Part shown: in pieces, positions 24,201 to 37,421 of the stretch
Numbering within the stretch: position 1 is the stretch's first letter
Layout of the letters: the number at the start of each line of letters is the position of its first letter
NCBI RefSeq assembly: GCF_964204645.1
Contig: NC_134029.1
Span: 18,842,950-18,906,949 of the forward strand
DNA from: Tubulanus polymorphus
Lineage: Eukaryota > Animalia > Nemertea
Length of the DNA stretch: 64,000 nt
Direction of reading: 5' to 3'
Position numbers and translations under genes: made by a program
The notes under the pieces: generated by a model
Told to the model about the DNA's origin: nothing
Seen by the model: the letters and a program-made list of their open reading frames with translations, nothing else
Database searches by the model: none

Positions 24201-25747
24201 TTTGATTTCTGGGACAATCGTTGATGGCTATAAAGGAGATGAAGCGGTAGTCTGTCTATACATGTTTTCAAAAATTCATGAATTTTTGATGTAATTTGTA
24301 GATGTCGTAATCGCAATGCTTTCGTATCATTCTAGCTCGATGAATCTCGTGCTCGTGCAGTGGGGTATATATACTTGCATCTTTGTGGGTAGCTTACAAC
24401 TAGCTTTTGTTTTTAGGTGTAAATTGAATGTATTGTCGTTGCAAATACTGGGGCCGAGTTTCAAGCACTAAAAATATGCTTGATCCTTTCATATGTCTTT
24501 CTCCCACTGACATACCTAGGTCTACATTGGTTATTAGCTTGAAATTCCTGAGCATACTAGTACCCGGGTGCCTATAATGGCAACAGAATCAATTTCAGAC
24601 TTAAGGAACATTGCAAGATTACACCGAGCTTTTCTTTTTACTGTGAAGCACTTATGTTAATATATTTTGTAATGTTCATTATAGTGTAAGTGTATGTAGA
24701 CGTACTGTTATTGTAGACTGTATTGTGATTATGGCTCTTGTGATTGTTCGTTTGCCTGAAGACGATGGCATCCTGACTTTTCTTAATGGTCAGTGCTTGA
24801 GAATATCAATTTCTGACTTGATTTGTATTAACATATTTATAGATTATTTCCGAGTACTACCAATAACATACAATGTGTAAAATATTTCAAACTAGACCTA
24901 AAAAGAAGATATTTGTAGATGTGTAATTTGTAGATGTGTATTTTTTTTACTTAAGTCAAATTAGTTAAACATTATTCCGTCCTCTCCAAGCTAATGTAGC
25001 TCATGCCTTGCTAAAATGGAACCTCATAACAAAATCCTACTTTTAGGTTTATTACTTTATACATGTTTGGATTCCGAGTTGCTGGGTTCCACAAATATGT
25101 GATAATAAAATGAAACAGCAAATATCTATTTGAGATTCGAAAATGCAATATATGGTACTTATATGGTTCTTATATGTTAAGAAAAAATCTTTGCATGTTA
25201 AGGTTTTTTTTGGGCGCAAGCGCATCTTTAGATTTAAGGACCCGCTCTTAAGGTTGTAGTTGGATTATGAAAACTAGGCGAAATGAACCTAAAGATCATG
25301 TTGAAATTTTAAAGAAAAGAATCGTATGACTTATCCTACTTTTGAGGGACTTCTGATTGATACATACCGTACATTATTTTTGACGTAAACAGTATGTTAG
25401 TTAGGCTACTTGTTGGGAAATAAGATTTCTTATCTAAAACCATGAGTGCTCATCGTCATTGCTGATTTCAGTTTGTTGTCTTGAATCACTATCGGTACTG
25501 GTATGTTGTTAGTATCGATTTATGGTGTCCGAATTTCAATGTTTGCTTATGCTACTGGGAAAATGTTGAATGTTGTCACTGTAAAGTGATTTGTGTACTA
25601 GGCCTATTGATTGGTTGTTTAAAACATAAGTCAAAAGTAGATAACTCTAAAAAGATGAATTTAACCCACGTGTCTGAATGGATGCAGAATTTGATTGACT
25701 TTTCTTGCTTATTTGCAGATGCTATATTTGTATTGGAGTATATGTAG

Positions 25748-25753
25748 AATAAA
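25748..25753 (+). terminator. Candidate polyadenylation signal of the PWWP3A-like gene (another AATAAA at 25104-25109)
   Basis: AATAAA at the end of a ~2.9 kb U/GU-rich, 3'UTR-like tract. Confidence 0.35.
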
Positions 25754-28700
25754 AAAGATTTATTTATAGTGAGAAATCAGTTGTTAGTTATTTCAAACCA
25801 AAAGCACAGAATTCAATGATGGCATTGTCGGTAGATGGCGAATGCGATCACGATTAAGAACCTGGTGAGTATTGGTATATTTTTGTCAAATCATCTGCCT
25901 AGTCTAATAATGCAAAAAGCTATCCCAAGAACTGTATACCTGGGTTCAGGTGTCGAATCTATACATCAGACTACTGCTGAAATATGTATGTGGATTGGTG
26001 AATTCTTTTAGATAGCAGAGTTAAGATCATTTTGTTTGTTTGAAAGAAACAACTGTAATTTAGTTGTTTCATGGAAATGCATTTTTTGCCCATAAATCGC
26101 TGGTTTTTAACATTTTGCTTTGCCATCCAGTCCACTCTTGAGTTATTGAGGTTTGTCTTGTAGGCTAACTAATTCACTAACTCATTAAAACTCACAGGGT
26201 GAACTCTAAGGGCTTATATTCACAACTGTAGAACTTGGGAGTTTACGAAAGCAAAATCCATAGAGAGAATCGACCGCAAAGATGATAGGCCAGAGCCCAA
26301 AATGTTTTCTTGAGCCGGTAGTTTATTCAACATTTTGATGACGGTATCCCGATCTTAAGAAGGCCTACTCCTTGAATTAAGTGAGAATAAAGTAGCTATT
26401 TTTCGTTATTATTGTGGGATTCTCTATTATCGTCACAACATGGATTGTGTTTCATCAATGGTTATCTACTAAGAAAAAAAAAGTATCAGGGCCCAGTTTC
26501 AAAAAAAAGTTTAACTCAAATTTGTGTCAAATAGAAGAATGTGCATTGTAAAAGAAGCCGCATTTTGCACAACAAAGCCTGCTGCGGCAATCGACCGTGT
26601 GTTTTAAAGTGGTCCATGTGCGCGTGTGCATGGAGCGTGGATGATGTGTGGATAGACCGTTGTTAACAAAACGATCAGCAGATCTTTTCCACCCAGGTAA
26701 AAGATTTACATTGTCATCGTATGTTAGAAAATCATATTCTTGTTAGCGTCGTTTTATGAAGTCTTTCAGCGACGAATCCATGCAACGTACCGCATGATTT
26801 TTATTAAGAGTTTTTGGCGGTCAGATTTGAAGTGAATTTTATTCATTCGATTCCGCCCGGCTCGCTCGCGTCATGCGTGGGGCCAACAGCGGCCATTTAT
26901 TTGTTGGCTTTAAAAAAGTAGGCCTTTAACTTAAGAAGCAAGATATATTGTCTCTGATTTATTGCTGAACAACCACTCAGAATGCATGGGCATCCCCAGG
27001 ATTTGTTTTAGGGGGTTCGTTTTTAAGAATATTTTAAAATTTCATGCAAGCAGGCGCGTTCTGGTGCAATCTGAGACCAATCAATAGGTTCGGTGGGCTG
27101 GTTCCCGTTCCCACCAACGAACCCCCCCAGGGACGCCCATGGAATGTACGTGAAATTAACAATAACCCCAGGAATAGATAGATCCCAAGCCCATCGATGA
27201 GCTCTGTATTTTTTTGTTGTAGATTTTGACATCCATTACCAACTATTTCGGTCATAATAGTGACAGTGTAATATCTGGCCGCTGCACGGACTGCCATTGA
27301 TTCGTTTTCAATTGTTGCGGACCTTGTAGCATAGCAACAATGGTCCGTTATTTTCAAATTAGAGTGATTGTTTTTTAAGTCACTTTTTAGAAAAAAACGT
27401 GAATTGAAAATATTCACCAGTGTAAAACTTTTTTATTTTTCAAGATAGACCATCACAACCAGCGAGAAACTTGTTGGAAATGTTCTGAAGTTTTCATTCA
27501 TATAAGATATGATAAACGGAATCTGCTGTCTTTGAGTAGATTATATATAATACAGCGCGAGCTATCCTCGGGCCAACTCTCAAATTTGTCTCAAGTTCAC
27601 GGTTAAATGTAAATGATGAAAATTATCTTGATTTTCTCAATTTCAGCGGGGATTGGTAAAAAATATCTTATATTTACAGAATCTATAAGCGCTTTAACTC
27701 TATCATCCTCTATTGTCTTTGAATAACGCTTGGAAATCGTACCGAAAGCATGAAATTTCATGGCTTTCTTGCAAATGTGAAAGGATTTCTGTCCCTTTTT
27801 TCATAATCAAAAGTAAAAGTGTAGAATGCGTTAGATATTCTTCAAAATTAGTCCATTCGACGCAGAAAGACAGCCACAACATGAATCTATCAGCACTTTG
27901 ACAATTTTTTAATCAATTTTCATCTACTTTAATTTTGTTAATAAGGACTATAGCATTTTCAATGACGCAGAGCCAAATTTTATTATTGCATTGTTGCACA
28001 TGCGCACATAGCGATGTTCCAAAAAGTTGGTAATGGTACCCTTGAAGAAGGCGATTCTATTCTAGGGCACTCAAAATTTTGAGGGTCCCCACAGATGGCA
28101 GGGTACTGGTATAGGCCCATAGTTAGCAATAAACATTGGCGTGTTCGACAATCTGAAAATTCGAACTGAAAATCAGCTGAAATGGAAAACACTGGGGGTA
28201 CCAATTTAAGCTCTTTTTCAGCTCAATTTCAGCCAGAAAATAGGTGTTTCTATTTCAATGAATTCCGCTCATTTTCAGCCTTGTGTTGCCAGGCGTAATT
28301 AGAGCTGAAATCTAGCTGAATTTTCAGGCACTCATAAATTCCTCCTTATTACAGCTGATTTTAACAGTAGACAATTTTCTGCTTATTTCCAGCTCATTTT
28401 CACCCCATTTTCCGCTCATAATTCAGCTCTTTTTCAGCTGAAATTCAGTAATTGGGCTGATAGTGTATGACCTGCTGAAGCACCATATGGGGAACCAAAG
28501 GTATGAAGCAAAATAAAAGGTAAAAGAAGAATGTTTTTGTAAATATCAACCTCTCGTAGACATTTTGGCCTGCCTACAATATTTCCTCAGTGTTGACAAG
28601 TTTTTAGTATAGAATACTACCTTAGGTGCTTTGCAAGATAAATTTAGTAGAGCCTGTGTATTTGATTTCCGAATGAAGATGTCCAGGCTTATGGTTTAAA

Positions 28701-29713
28701 CAAAAAGTTTTAATACCTATTCTGAAAAGGGCGCTTGGTTTACCACTTGTGAGTAAACTAAAAAAAAATTCAGTTATTAGGGCGTATGCCTGTCAATGGG
28801 ATTATCCAAAATGCAGCAGACTAGTGGATGTAGGACCTTAATTTTTCTCCGACTTTTTAATGGAAACATTTGCTTTATTCACTCGGGGAATGTTGCCCTG
28901 GAACATGGAAATTCAGGAGAGTTGGCTTTTAGTGGAGGGGGAACTATGTTAACTTGGTGTCAAATCAGTAAAAAGTGAAGACATATAGCCCTAGTACTTT
29001 GAAGGTTACCTAAATCTGTTCAAATTATGAGCATGGACTTATGGCGCATATTAGCGCAAATGAATTATTACCTAATGAAGCTACTACGCTTGTACTTAAA
29101 ATAGCCTCGATTTAGACAAAGTCTTTGTCTTAGCGTTGAGGTACTGATTGAAACTAAGGAAAATTTTAGGTAAAAAGTGATCACCTCGTCAAGGGACGGA
29201 GCTGCCGTAGTGTGCCTTACTTGGTCGTCAGTAGTCCCCAAACTGTGAGTATAAATGCTGGTAGTTAGTGTCTAGCTCCATCATCTTGGTACGGTATGGT
29301 AGCTTTATTTCTGAACAAATTAAAATTATATATTACATTATCATTCAATATTACAAATATATGAAAACATTTGTATATACAAAATGTGATAAGTTAATGA
29401 ATAATTTTGATTTTACAGCAAGGATACTTCAGAAAGCTTTGAGCTTGAAAATGCGAAATACCTTAAAAAAAAATGATAAGAAAACAAAAACAAATCATAC
29501 AAAAAAATTAGTATAAGCAAATACTTAGAAAAAGAGCAAACATGTTCTGAGTACTAGTGTACAGGTATATATATATCTTTATTTACGTGTCATCTCGATA
29601 GACAAGCCAGCCTATAATAAGGCTTACAAGACACATTGACATTTACAAGTACAACAAACATGTGACAAACTGGTACAACTAATTCAGATTGGATATAATT
29701 GGATTAAAATGAA

Positions 29714-32700
29714 TTAGGAATTGCGAAGTTTCATTGCGGCTGATATGAATCTGCAAACACTAGTTACAATACGACTATTACTCAATAGAATTCTAACCTT
29801 ATCGATATTTGACAAAAGATATATGTCTAGGCCCAAGATAGCATTAATCTTAGAAAAAAGGTCATTACGTAAATCAACGTATTGGAGACAAGTGCACAAG
29901 AAATGTTCCTCTGTTTCAACTTCATTCGATGTACATGCAACACATATTCTTTGTTCAATTGGCAGATTACGGTAGCGACCTAGTTCTATGTTTAAGGGGA
30001 AAGTACCATTTCTTAATCTTGCTATTGTGGAGCGGTTTGAACATGATGTGTGTAATTTGACATAATCTTCTGTTCCAAATTTTGGCTTAAGTGAGGTATA
30101 AGTACGGAGTTTTGGTTGCAGAGGAACATTTCTTGACCACGTTAAAGCATAGTTCCTATATAAAACTTTTCTAATATCATTCAAAACCTTTTTAATTTGA
30201 TAGGTATTTAGTGTAGAAAACTGCAAGTTCTCATAAAAATATTCCATATTGCATTCAGTTAGTATTGTCTTGACAAATGAACACCAATTAGCTTTGCCAA
30301 TAACGGCCAGTTCATAATCATAAAGAAACAAGTGTTTGGTTAGTCTCGTATCTGGCATATTACAAAGTCGAAACCATAGACGTAAAACCTCAATACGATG
30401 CCTAATAGAAACCGGTAGCCATCCCATATCACCTTCAATCGATAACAGCGATGAATTTTTCCCCGTACCGAGAAAAGAGCGCATAGCTCGATAATGGATT
30501 TTACTACAACTTTGATATATTTTTACACCCCAAACAGCACTGCCATAGTCCATTATAGGTACTACTGTTGCATTATATAGTTTCGAAAAAGTTGTGAAAG
30601 GTAATCCGCTACTACTGAAATGTTTACTTAAAAGGCTACCGAGTGCTTTCCCAGCGTTGGAGGCAAGGGAATCAGCTACTACGTTATAATCAAGGAATTC
30701 ATCAAGTTCAATACCTAGATAGTGATATGTTCTGACAACTTCCATGGGTTTATTATCCAGTGTAAATACGAAGTCAGTGAGCCTCACTGTTTTTTTTCCT
30801 GAAATGCATTATTTTAGATTTATTTATATTAACTAATAATTTCCATTTACTACACCACTCGGTTACTTTGTCTATCATAAGTTGCAAAGAAGGTTCGTCA
30901 TATGCAATCAGAACAATATCATCAGCGTAAAGTAAAATGGACACATTACTACCTCTGACATCAATCCCAAGATTCATGGATTTAATCTCATTTGCCAATG
31001 AATTTAGAAATATAGAAAAAAGTGTTGGAGAAAGGCAGTCTCCTTGTCGGACCCCACAAACACTCGGAAAACTGTCCGTCATATGACCATTTAATCTCAA
31101 CCTTGCATCATTGTTGGTGTACATACTTTTGATACTATTTAGAAAGTTTCCATCTACACCCATGTTATATAGTCGATATAAAAGATATGGACGATCGACC
31201 CTATCGAATGCTTGACTGAAGTCAATATAACAAGCAAAGGTAGATTGATGACACAGTTGACGGTTTTTTACAATACTAGTTAAACTAAAAATATGATCCA
31301 AACACGATCTACCTTTTCGAAATCCATTTTGTTCGTCACACAATAAATCGTTGGTATCTAAAAATTCAACCAGTCGATTATTGAGAATGGCGCTAAATAG
31401 TTTACCGACATTAGAATTTAAACTGATTCCACGATATCCTAAGGGGTCTAGTTCATCTTTACCTTTTTTGTGAATTGGGTGTATGATACTTTGGTTCCAT
31501 AACTTTGGGACTTTGCCACAACCAAAAAATTTGTTGAAGAGAACACACAATACATCTCGCATCTTAGGACTCTTTATAATTTCGTTTGGGATTTTATCCA
31601 ATCCAGTGGCCTTACCATTTTTCAGATTCAAGGCAGCCTTAGAGATTTCGTTCATTGTAATGGGTGCATTCAAAATTATATTCATATTATTAATAGGTAG
31701 CGTGTTAGTATTAGACCAGAGGTTTTTTATTTCCAGCTCCTCTGGGTTGGTTGAACTCGTGGCAACTGGATTGTATAAAGCTTCATAGTCTTTCATCCAT
31801 TTATTCATGATTTCGCTTTTATCTTCAGATATAGTTCCATTATCTAACTTGACAGATTTGATATATTTATTTCTTTTATTACCGGGACCTATTTGTTTTA
31901 TTTGCTTCCAAAATTCTTTAGGATTGCTCCTACCTAAATGATCTATATTCTTAATTTTCTTAGCATTATACTGACGTTCTGCGCAACGTATCTGTTTGTC
32001 AAATTGATTTCGTAATGAATTAAATTCTTTCCTTAGACTAACTTTCCTGATATCGTCTTTTTTGCATCGCAAAAATAGTCTCTCTGCTTTTTTGCAACGT
32101 AACCGAAGTCGTTATAATTCGTCATTCCACCATGGTTTCTTAAAGTTTTTACGGCCTCTCTCACGGAAATAGATTTTTATGTCTTTGTGTGGGATTTCGG
32201 AGTCCATCTCTTTGTGGCAGATGTCGACAAATTCGTAATACGCGGTATCAACGTCATCTTGGGTGGCGCGTGAACTGTTTAAATTGTCACAAATACGCAT
32301 AATCGCCGATCTGCGCCTCTCATTCTCTAAGAAGTCCATCGGAGTACCATCTACGTAATAGCGTCTATCAAATATAACGTCTCGGTTTTGTGTATCACGG
32401 GGAGCAGAACGGCATGCGGCTTCGGTATTATCAAAATTCACATAATTCGATAGTGTATACGTAAATTTTATCAATGAGTGATCGGGTCTACGGCACGCAG
32501 AGCTATAGTGTGCCGGGTCGGCAAGATCGGTCATGGTTAATACTTCGAAATCGCAAACTTTCTGAAAATCGGCACACGGTACTAGAAAATAATCCACGAC
32601 TGAGCGGCCTCTTCCGGATATACACGTAAAATCATCATTATTCGTATATCTTCCGTTGAGAATAAACATATTAGCGTCCTGTACAAAATCAATCAGATAC

Positions 32701-33283
32701 CGACCATAATTATTTACACTTTCGTCGATAGTTACGCGCGGAGGAATATTTGTATCCGATGTGTCTTTTTTATTGCCAATACGCCCATTAAAGTCACCCG
32801 CTATAACGCACGGTTCGTTATTCCAATACATATATATAATTGCGATAACAGAGTGTCATAGAAAAATTGGGAGGTATCACCTCTAGACGAACGCTCCGGG
32901 GGCAGGTAAACAGCACCCATAAGGACTGTCAGAGAGTCATCGCTAACTGATCGGAGACGCAGCCACATTATACCGTCAAATGATGTGTCTAGTACATCCA
33001 CATAATAATAGCGCAAGATTGTCTGCTTAATTAGTACTCCCACGCCTCCAGATCCACGTACAGCGCGTTTATGGAGTTCCGTTCTGTTATGGCCAAACCA
33101 CCTATAGCCTGGGACTGATATTTTTGAGTTGTTTCTTAGATGTGATTCACAAATTGTTATAATGTCTAGATTACTGTTCACTATTATATCTTCTCGAAGC
33201 TTGGTCGAGTCGTTAGTGTTAGTATCCGCCCAACCGTTCACATTCCACTGACCAAGGCTTAGCCTTATGTTAGCCTGGCAATC
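29714..33283 (-). pseudogene. LINE ORF2 (AP endonuclease - reverse transcriptase - zinc knuckle) with 3 inactivating lesions
   Basis: APE motifs WNVNG, ICESHL, GGVGVL, GDFNG, SVVDY, DH; RT motifs QNGFR, IDFSQAFD, GVRQGDCLSP, LYADD, YLGI; C-terminal CVAC...EHFLCTC. Frameshift in an (AT)n run at ~32830, in-frame TAA at 32112-32114, frameshift in an A-run at ~30790. Confidence 0.92.
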
Positions 33284-34366
33284 CTACGCGATGACGGCAC
33301 CTGTATCCATGTTCAGGATATTTCGAGTTTGTGACAGCGTATCACTTACATCTTCTGGTATATCTGCCATGTCCTGCCTCTGTTTTTTAGGCAGTTGTTT
33401 CGCACTCCTAGTTGGTGTGATATCCCCCGTTGAATCGTCTGAGGGGTCTCTTTTTGTTCCACTACCGGTACACATATCTCGTCCATCATCAACTGGGCTG
33501 TTATCGGTCGCAGACTTATTCTGTCGAGGAGTAAGTCCCGTGCTTGTTGCCGGGGCGGCTGCTGGATTTACTTTTGGAGTTTTTTCTAATAACCGGCCAT
33601 TGCTCGCCAGTTTGAGTGTTTTCCCACCTGGAACCATTTCAAGTAATTTCCGAGTGTTAATCTCATGTAGACGCTCAAGATGAGATTTACTGCTACGGAG
33701 CCAGGTACTTCCGAATTCTTTGTCATCTCTTAGTTTATTTTTTGCACCGAGGACCTTTATCTTTATCTCCTTACTTTCCAACGCTAACTTTACTAGGGGT
33801 GGTACGCCCTCAACTCGGGGCTTCAGTCGCACACACTTGATTACCCCCGGGGTCGGCTGTATTAATTTTTGCATGACTTTTGAGCAGGTAGTTTCGAGGT
33901 TTTCGTTCGTTTCCACTTTCAGGTTAGAAATTATGATGCATACATCCGGGTTGTCCAGCGGGTCTCTTTGGTTCTGGGTATTCAGTTGTCGTTGTAGATC
34001 CATACATAAGGCCTCGAGTTGTTTCACGGTGGACTGCGACTGTTCAAGATCCTTACTCAGGACAGTGATTTTTTTCCCGCAAACTTTCAGGTCAATTTCT
34101 TGTTTTTCGCTTGTCAATTTTAATTCTTCATACGACAGGCCGTTGAATTCGACAGAACTGATTACTTCATCAATTTTTGCGTCATTTTGTTTTACTTTTT
34201 CTTTCAGTGTACTGACGTCTTCATATAAGTTCTTAAATTTGGCGTAGTCTTGCTTTTGTTGTGTTTTAATTTCTTCCATTGATGATTGTAGTTTCCCAAC
34301 GGCATTTCGCATGAATATTTCGAAGTCTACAGAGCCTTCAGAATTAGCGGCCATGGTATTCGTCAT
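33284..34366 (-). CDS. LINE ORF1 protein (coiled coil plus RRM-like domain), intact
   Basis: 360-aa ORF directly upstream of the endonuclease; heptad-rich N-terminal half, then CIIISNL...PPLVKLAL RRM-like segment. Confidence 0.8.
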   Translation of the reverse strand: MTNTMAANSEGSVDFEIFMRNAVGKLQSSMEEIKTQQKQDYAKFKNLYEDVSTLKEKVKQNDAKIDEVISSVEFNGLSYEELKLTSEKQEIDLKVCGKKITVLSKDLEQSQSTVKQLEALCMDLQRQLNTQNQRDPLDNPDVCIIISNLKVETNENLETTCSKVMQKLIQPTPGVIKCVRLKPRVEGVPPLVKLALESKEIKIKVLGAKNKLRDDKEFGSTWLRSSKSHLERLHEINTRKLLEMVPGGKTLKLASNGRLLEKTPKVNPAAAPATSTGLTPRQNKSATDNSPVDDGRDMCTGSGTKRDPSDDSTGDITPTRSAKQLPKKQRQDMADIPEDVSDTLSQTRNILNMDTGAVIA

Positions 34367-37227
34367 GGGGCAACAAAAATATAAAAAATATCAAATTTTA
34401 TCATGCGTAACAGCGTCAGAGCTAGCGTTGTAATAATCCGCCTAACGGTGTGTCCTTCATAGATTATCGTGTAGCGGCTTTCAATACAATAGTTCTAATG
34501 ACGATATGTGCAATCATGCGGAACCGTTCTCGGTCAACCTAGGCACCAGTCCAAATACACGTATATGCCTTTGATATGGTTTGATTGAATTTATTGAATT
34601 TATTGAGTGTACATCAGATGCAATTAAACGGTCCAAAATACGATTTCGTGGACTTACAGCATATGATGTAGAGAGCTCACCAGAACAGCGGTTATAGTTC
34701 TTAAATATGATATCCTACTTTAGTGACGAGACACTCTCTAAAGCTATTCGTTAATGGTTCCAGCGGAGTAACGAAAACACGCGACTTGACCAGTCCGCCA
34801 TATTGTGTCGGTATATTGAATCTTTTTCTTGATTAAGATTCGACTGAGTGAGCTATAGGGCCTACAACGCCATGTTATTGTAAATCCGAACGGAACCGTG
34901 CAAAAGGAGATTAACAAGAAATCAATCAGAGGGAATCAAGTTGATAGATTTTTGATCGACAGTCTCCGATGATACACTGGCTTCCTACACGCGATACCGA
35001 ATGATAGCCAGCAATGTAGCCCGGAACGGAATGATAAAAAAGCGTTCTGTTATTAGATCTCCACTTGACAGGAATTCTAAATCAATCATAGCCTTGTGGT
35101 GGCATGGAACAACTTTTAATCAAACTAATGAGTAGTCCTTGCCACCAGCTATCCCGCTAGATGGCATGTGTAACAACGATAGGACAAGTTGATGATAATT
35201 AAGTTTGTTTTCAATTAAATTTCATCTAGATTTTTTACTTCGTAGATGAAAAAATTTAGGCAAATCGTGTCTCTAGGTGAACTCAAATGATCTTTCGGAT
35301 GCATATACCCATAAAGAGCGAAATTTTCATTCATTATCCATAGAATTTGAGAAAGTTTGGATTGAATTTAATTGAATCTGGATCGTTGTCCTCGTGCAAG
35401 TAGTTGCAACCTGGTGGACCCTGATGTGTGGGAATCTTTGTTCGTCACGGTCAATTGCAGTCCTCACGACTATACCTGTACCAAGGGTCTGTGAAACAAG
35501 CCTTGGCATAAGGTTACTGACGATATTGGGGCCAATATATGTCCGCTAGTATTTAAGATTTCACTTTTCAATTGAATAGTCTTATTTCGATGAATTCAGT
35601 TCGATGGTGGTAAAATCTGGTGGCGTTGTCAAGTTTTCAACAGCGAATTGATGAAAACACCTGAAAAATGATATCGTGATCGGTTAAAAATGCAATGTAG
35701 GAAATTTTAACATGATACTTTCAAGAGTTTTCAACGAAATAGTGTTGGAAAGAGATTGCCCTTTCTTGTTTTTCATCGTTGATTATGTCCTTTTCTGACA
35801 AATTGCCTTTTAGTTTATTAAATTTAGTGTTATCAAAGGGGTACACTTGATAAAAAGTAATTTGAGGGTCTTGTAAAAACCTCGCACTCACCCCTCTATT
35901 GATGACAGTAATTGGAGACCCGATAGGCATGAGCTTACTATAAAAATTGAAGGCCTGTTGATACCGATAGGAATTAAGGAACCATAATTTTATGCTAACA
36001 CATGAGACATCTGAAGTATTGAGTTGTGCCTAGGTCTGGTTCTTTTGATGTGATATTTGTTGTTCTGCGAGGTATCACTCGTTGTCAACCTGTTTTTGGC
36101 CTATAAATGAAAAGACATTTAACTTAAGCTGTCAATTATGTTTTTATTTTCTAGTCATGTATACACAGTTGTAAAGCTTATGTAAGGCTGAACGAGTAGC
36201 TGAAAGTACTGGTACACGGCGGTGCCAGTAGATGTCGCCGAACATGTGACAATATAGCCTAGACTCGTAATATACCAGTCGTGGTGTCACACGAGTGTAG
36301 TAGTACTGTAATTGAGAAATCTACCGGCGACCAAGTTGGAAATAATATTACCGATTCTGCACAGTCGGCCGAATACACGTTAGCTGATAAGGTATGTCAA
36401 TATCCAGTAATTCAGTAATGGCACAATGTAGCTAATATTTCCGTAGCTCACGACGAGTCGGGTTCGTTCGTTCGTTCGTGCATTTGTTTATGTCGGATTC
36501 TCCGGCTTCGGCTTTCGTACTGCGAGATTCTGTCGATAATTTTCCATCAAGAAATGTCGTCCGTCTTGAGTAAAGGGATTTATGTCATTTTCTTCGGCAG
36601 CGGCGGCTACGGCGGCGAAAGGGATTAACGAATGCCGCTCGTGTGTGACAAGATTTTCATTTAGTAAAAACCTTGTAATCAGATTCATTTGAGTCGTGTT
36701 TCGCGACCAATTTTTCTGCGCTTGTCTTTAAGTACGCGAGGCTCGATTTTTTAAAATCAAAGAACAAGGAATGAAAAATTATGCATGTACATTTTTTGAA
36801 TAGAATATCACCTGTCACTATGGCAATGTCATAAAGAAGAAAACTAATTATTTCAATATTATGAATTAATTTTGACGGCAGTAAATCGAGCGCAGGTAAC
36901 TGAAACGGCTCGGACATACCAGGTGTGGATCCAGGGTTTAGGTTGGACAGTATTTTCTGAATTAAGGGCATTTTATATATCCGTGAAAATGAAGATACTG
37001 CAGGCCAATGCAGGGGAATTGGGACTATTTCATCATTTAGAGGATTGTAGAAATTAGATAGATCAGTCTAGATCGGGATCAATCCTATATGCCAAAAGTC
37101 ATGCTAGGATGGACCATTCTTGGCGAAGGATGTCATAGCCAACTTGGAAGTGTGTAATTACCTCTGAACTGTCTGGTGGTCTCGCTTATTTGGGACAAGG
37201 ACAAGTTCAATAGGAAACTTGGTCACG

Positions 37228-37421
37228 AGCTGCGATCACACAAGCATTTTTGGCCCACGCGGCTGCCAAATGTGCTCGTGCCAGTTGGCAACTGGTTCCG
37301 GAAATGACTCCAGAATGAGTGGTTTGCATGTGAGGGCGCTCTAATTATAGGTACAGGCCAAATTTGACTCAAACCATCTCCGCGTGATCACGGGCCAAAT
37401 CATCTCCGTGTTATCGCGGCT
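37228..37421. mobile_element. MITE family A copy (internally deleted)
   Basis: agctgcgatcacacaag ... gtgttatcgcggct termini. Confidence 0.75.

Larger units (their letters stand above)
29287..34805 (-). mobile_element. Near full-length non-LTR retrotransposon (LINE, RTE-X-like), ORF2 disrupted
   Basis: ORF1 plus APE endonuclease, RT and C-terminal Cys/His knuckle. AATAAA at 29304-29309 (minus strand) followed by a (TACCR)3 tail; AATATGGCGG near the 5' end. Clade assignment is inference. Confidence 0.9.

Noticed and set aside
33267-34247. Plus-strand ORFs of 138 and 175 aa
   Set aside because: Antisense shadows of LINE ORF1 with no recognisable motifs.
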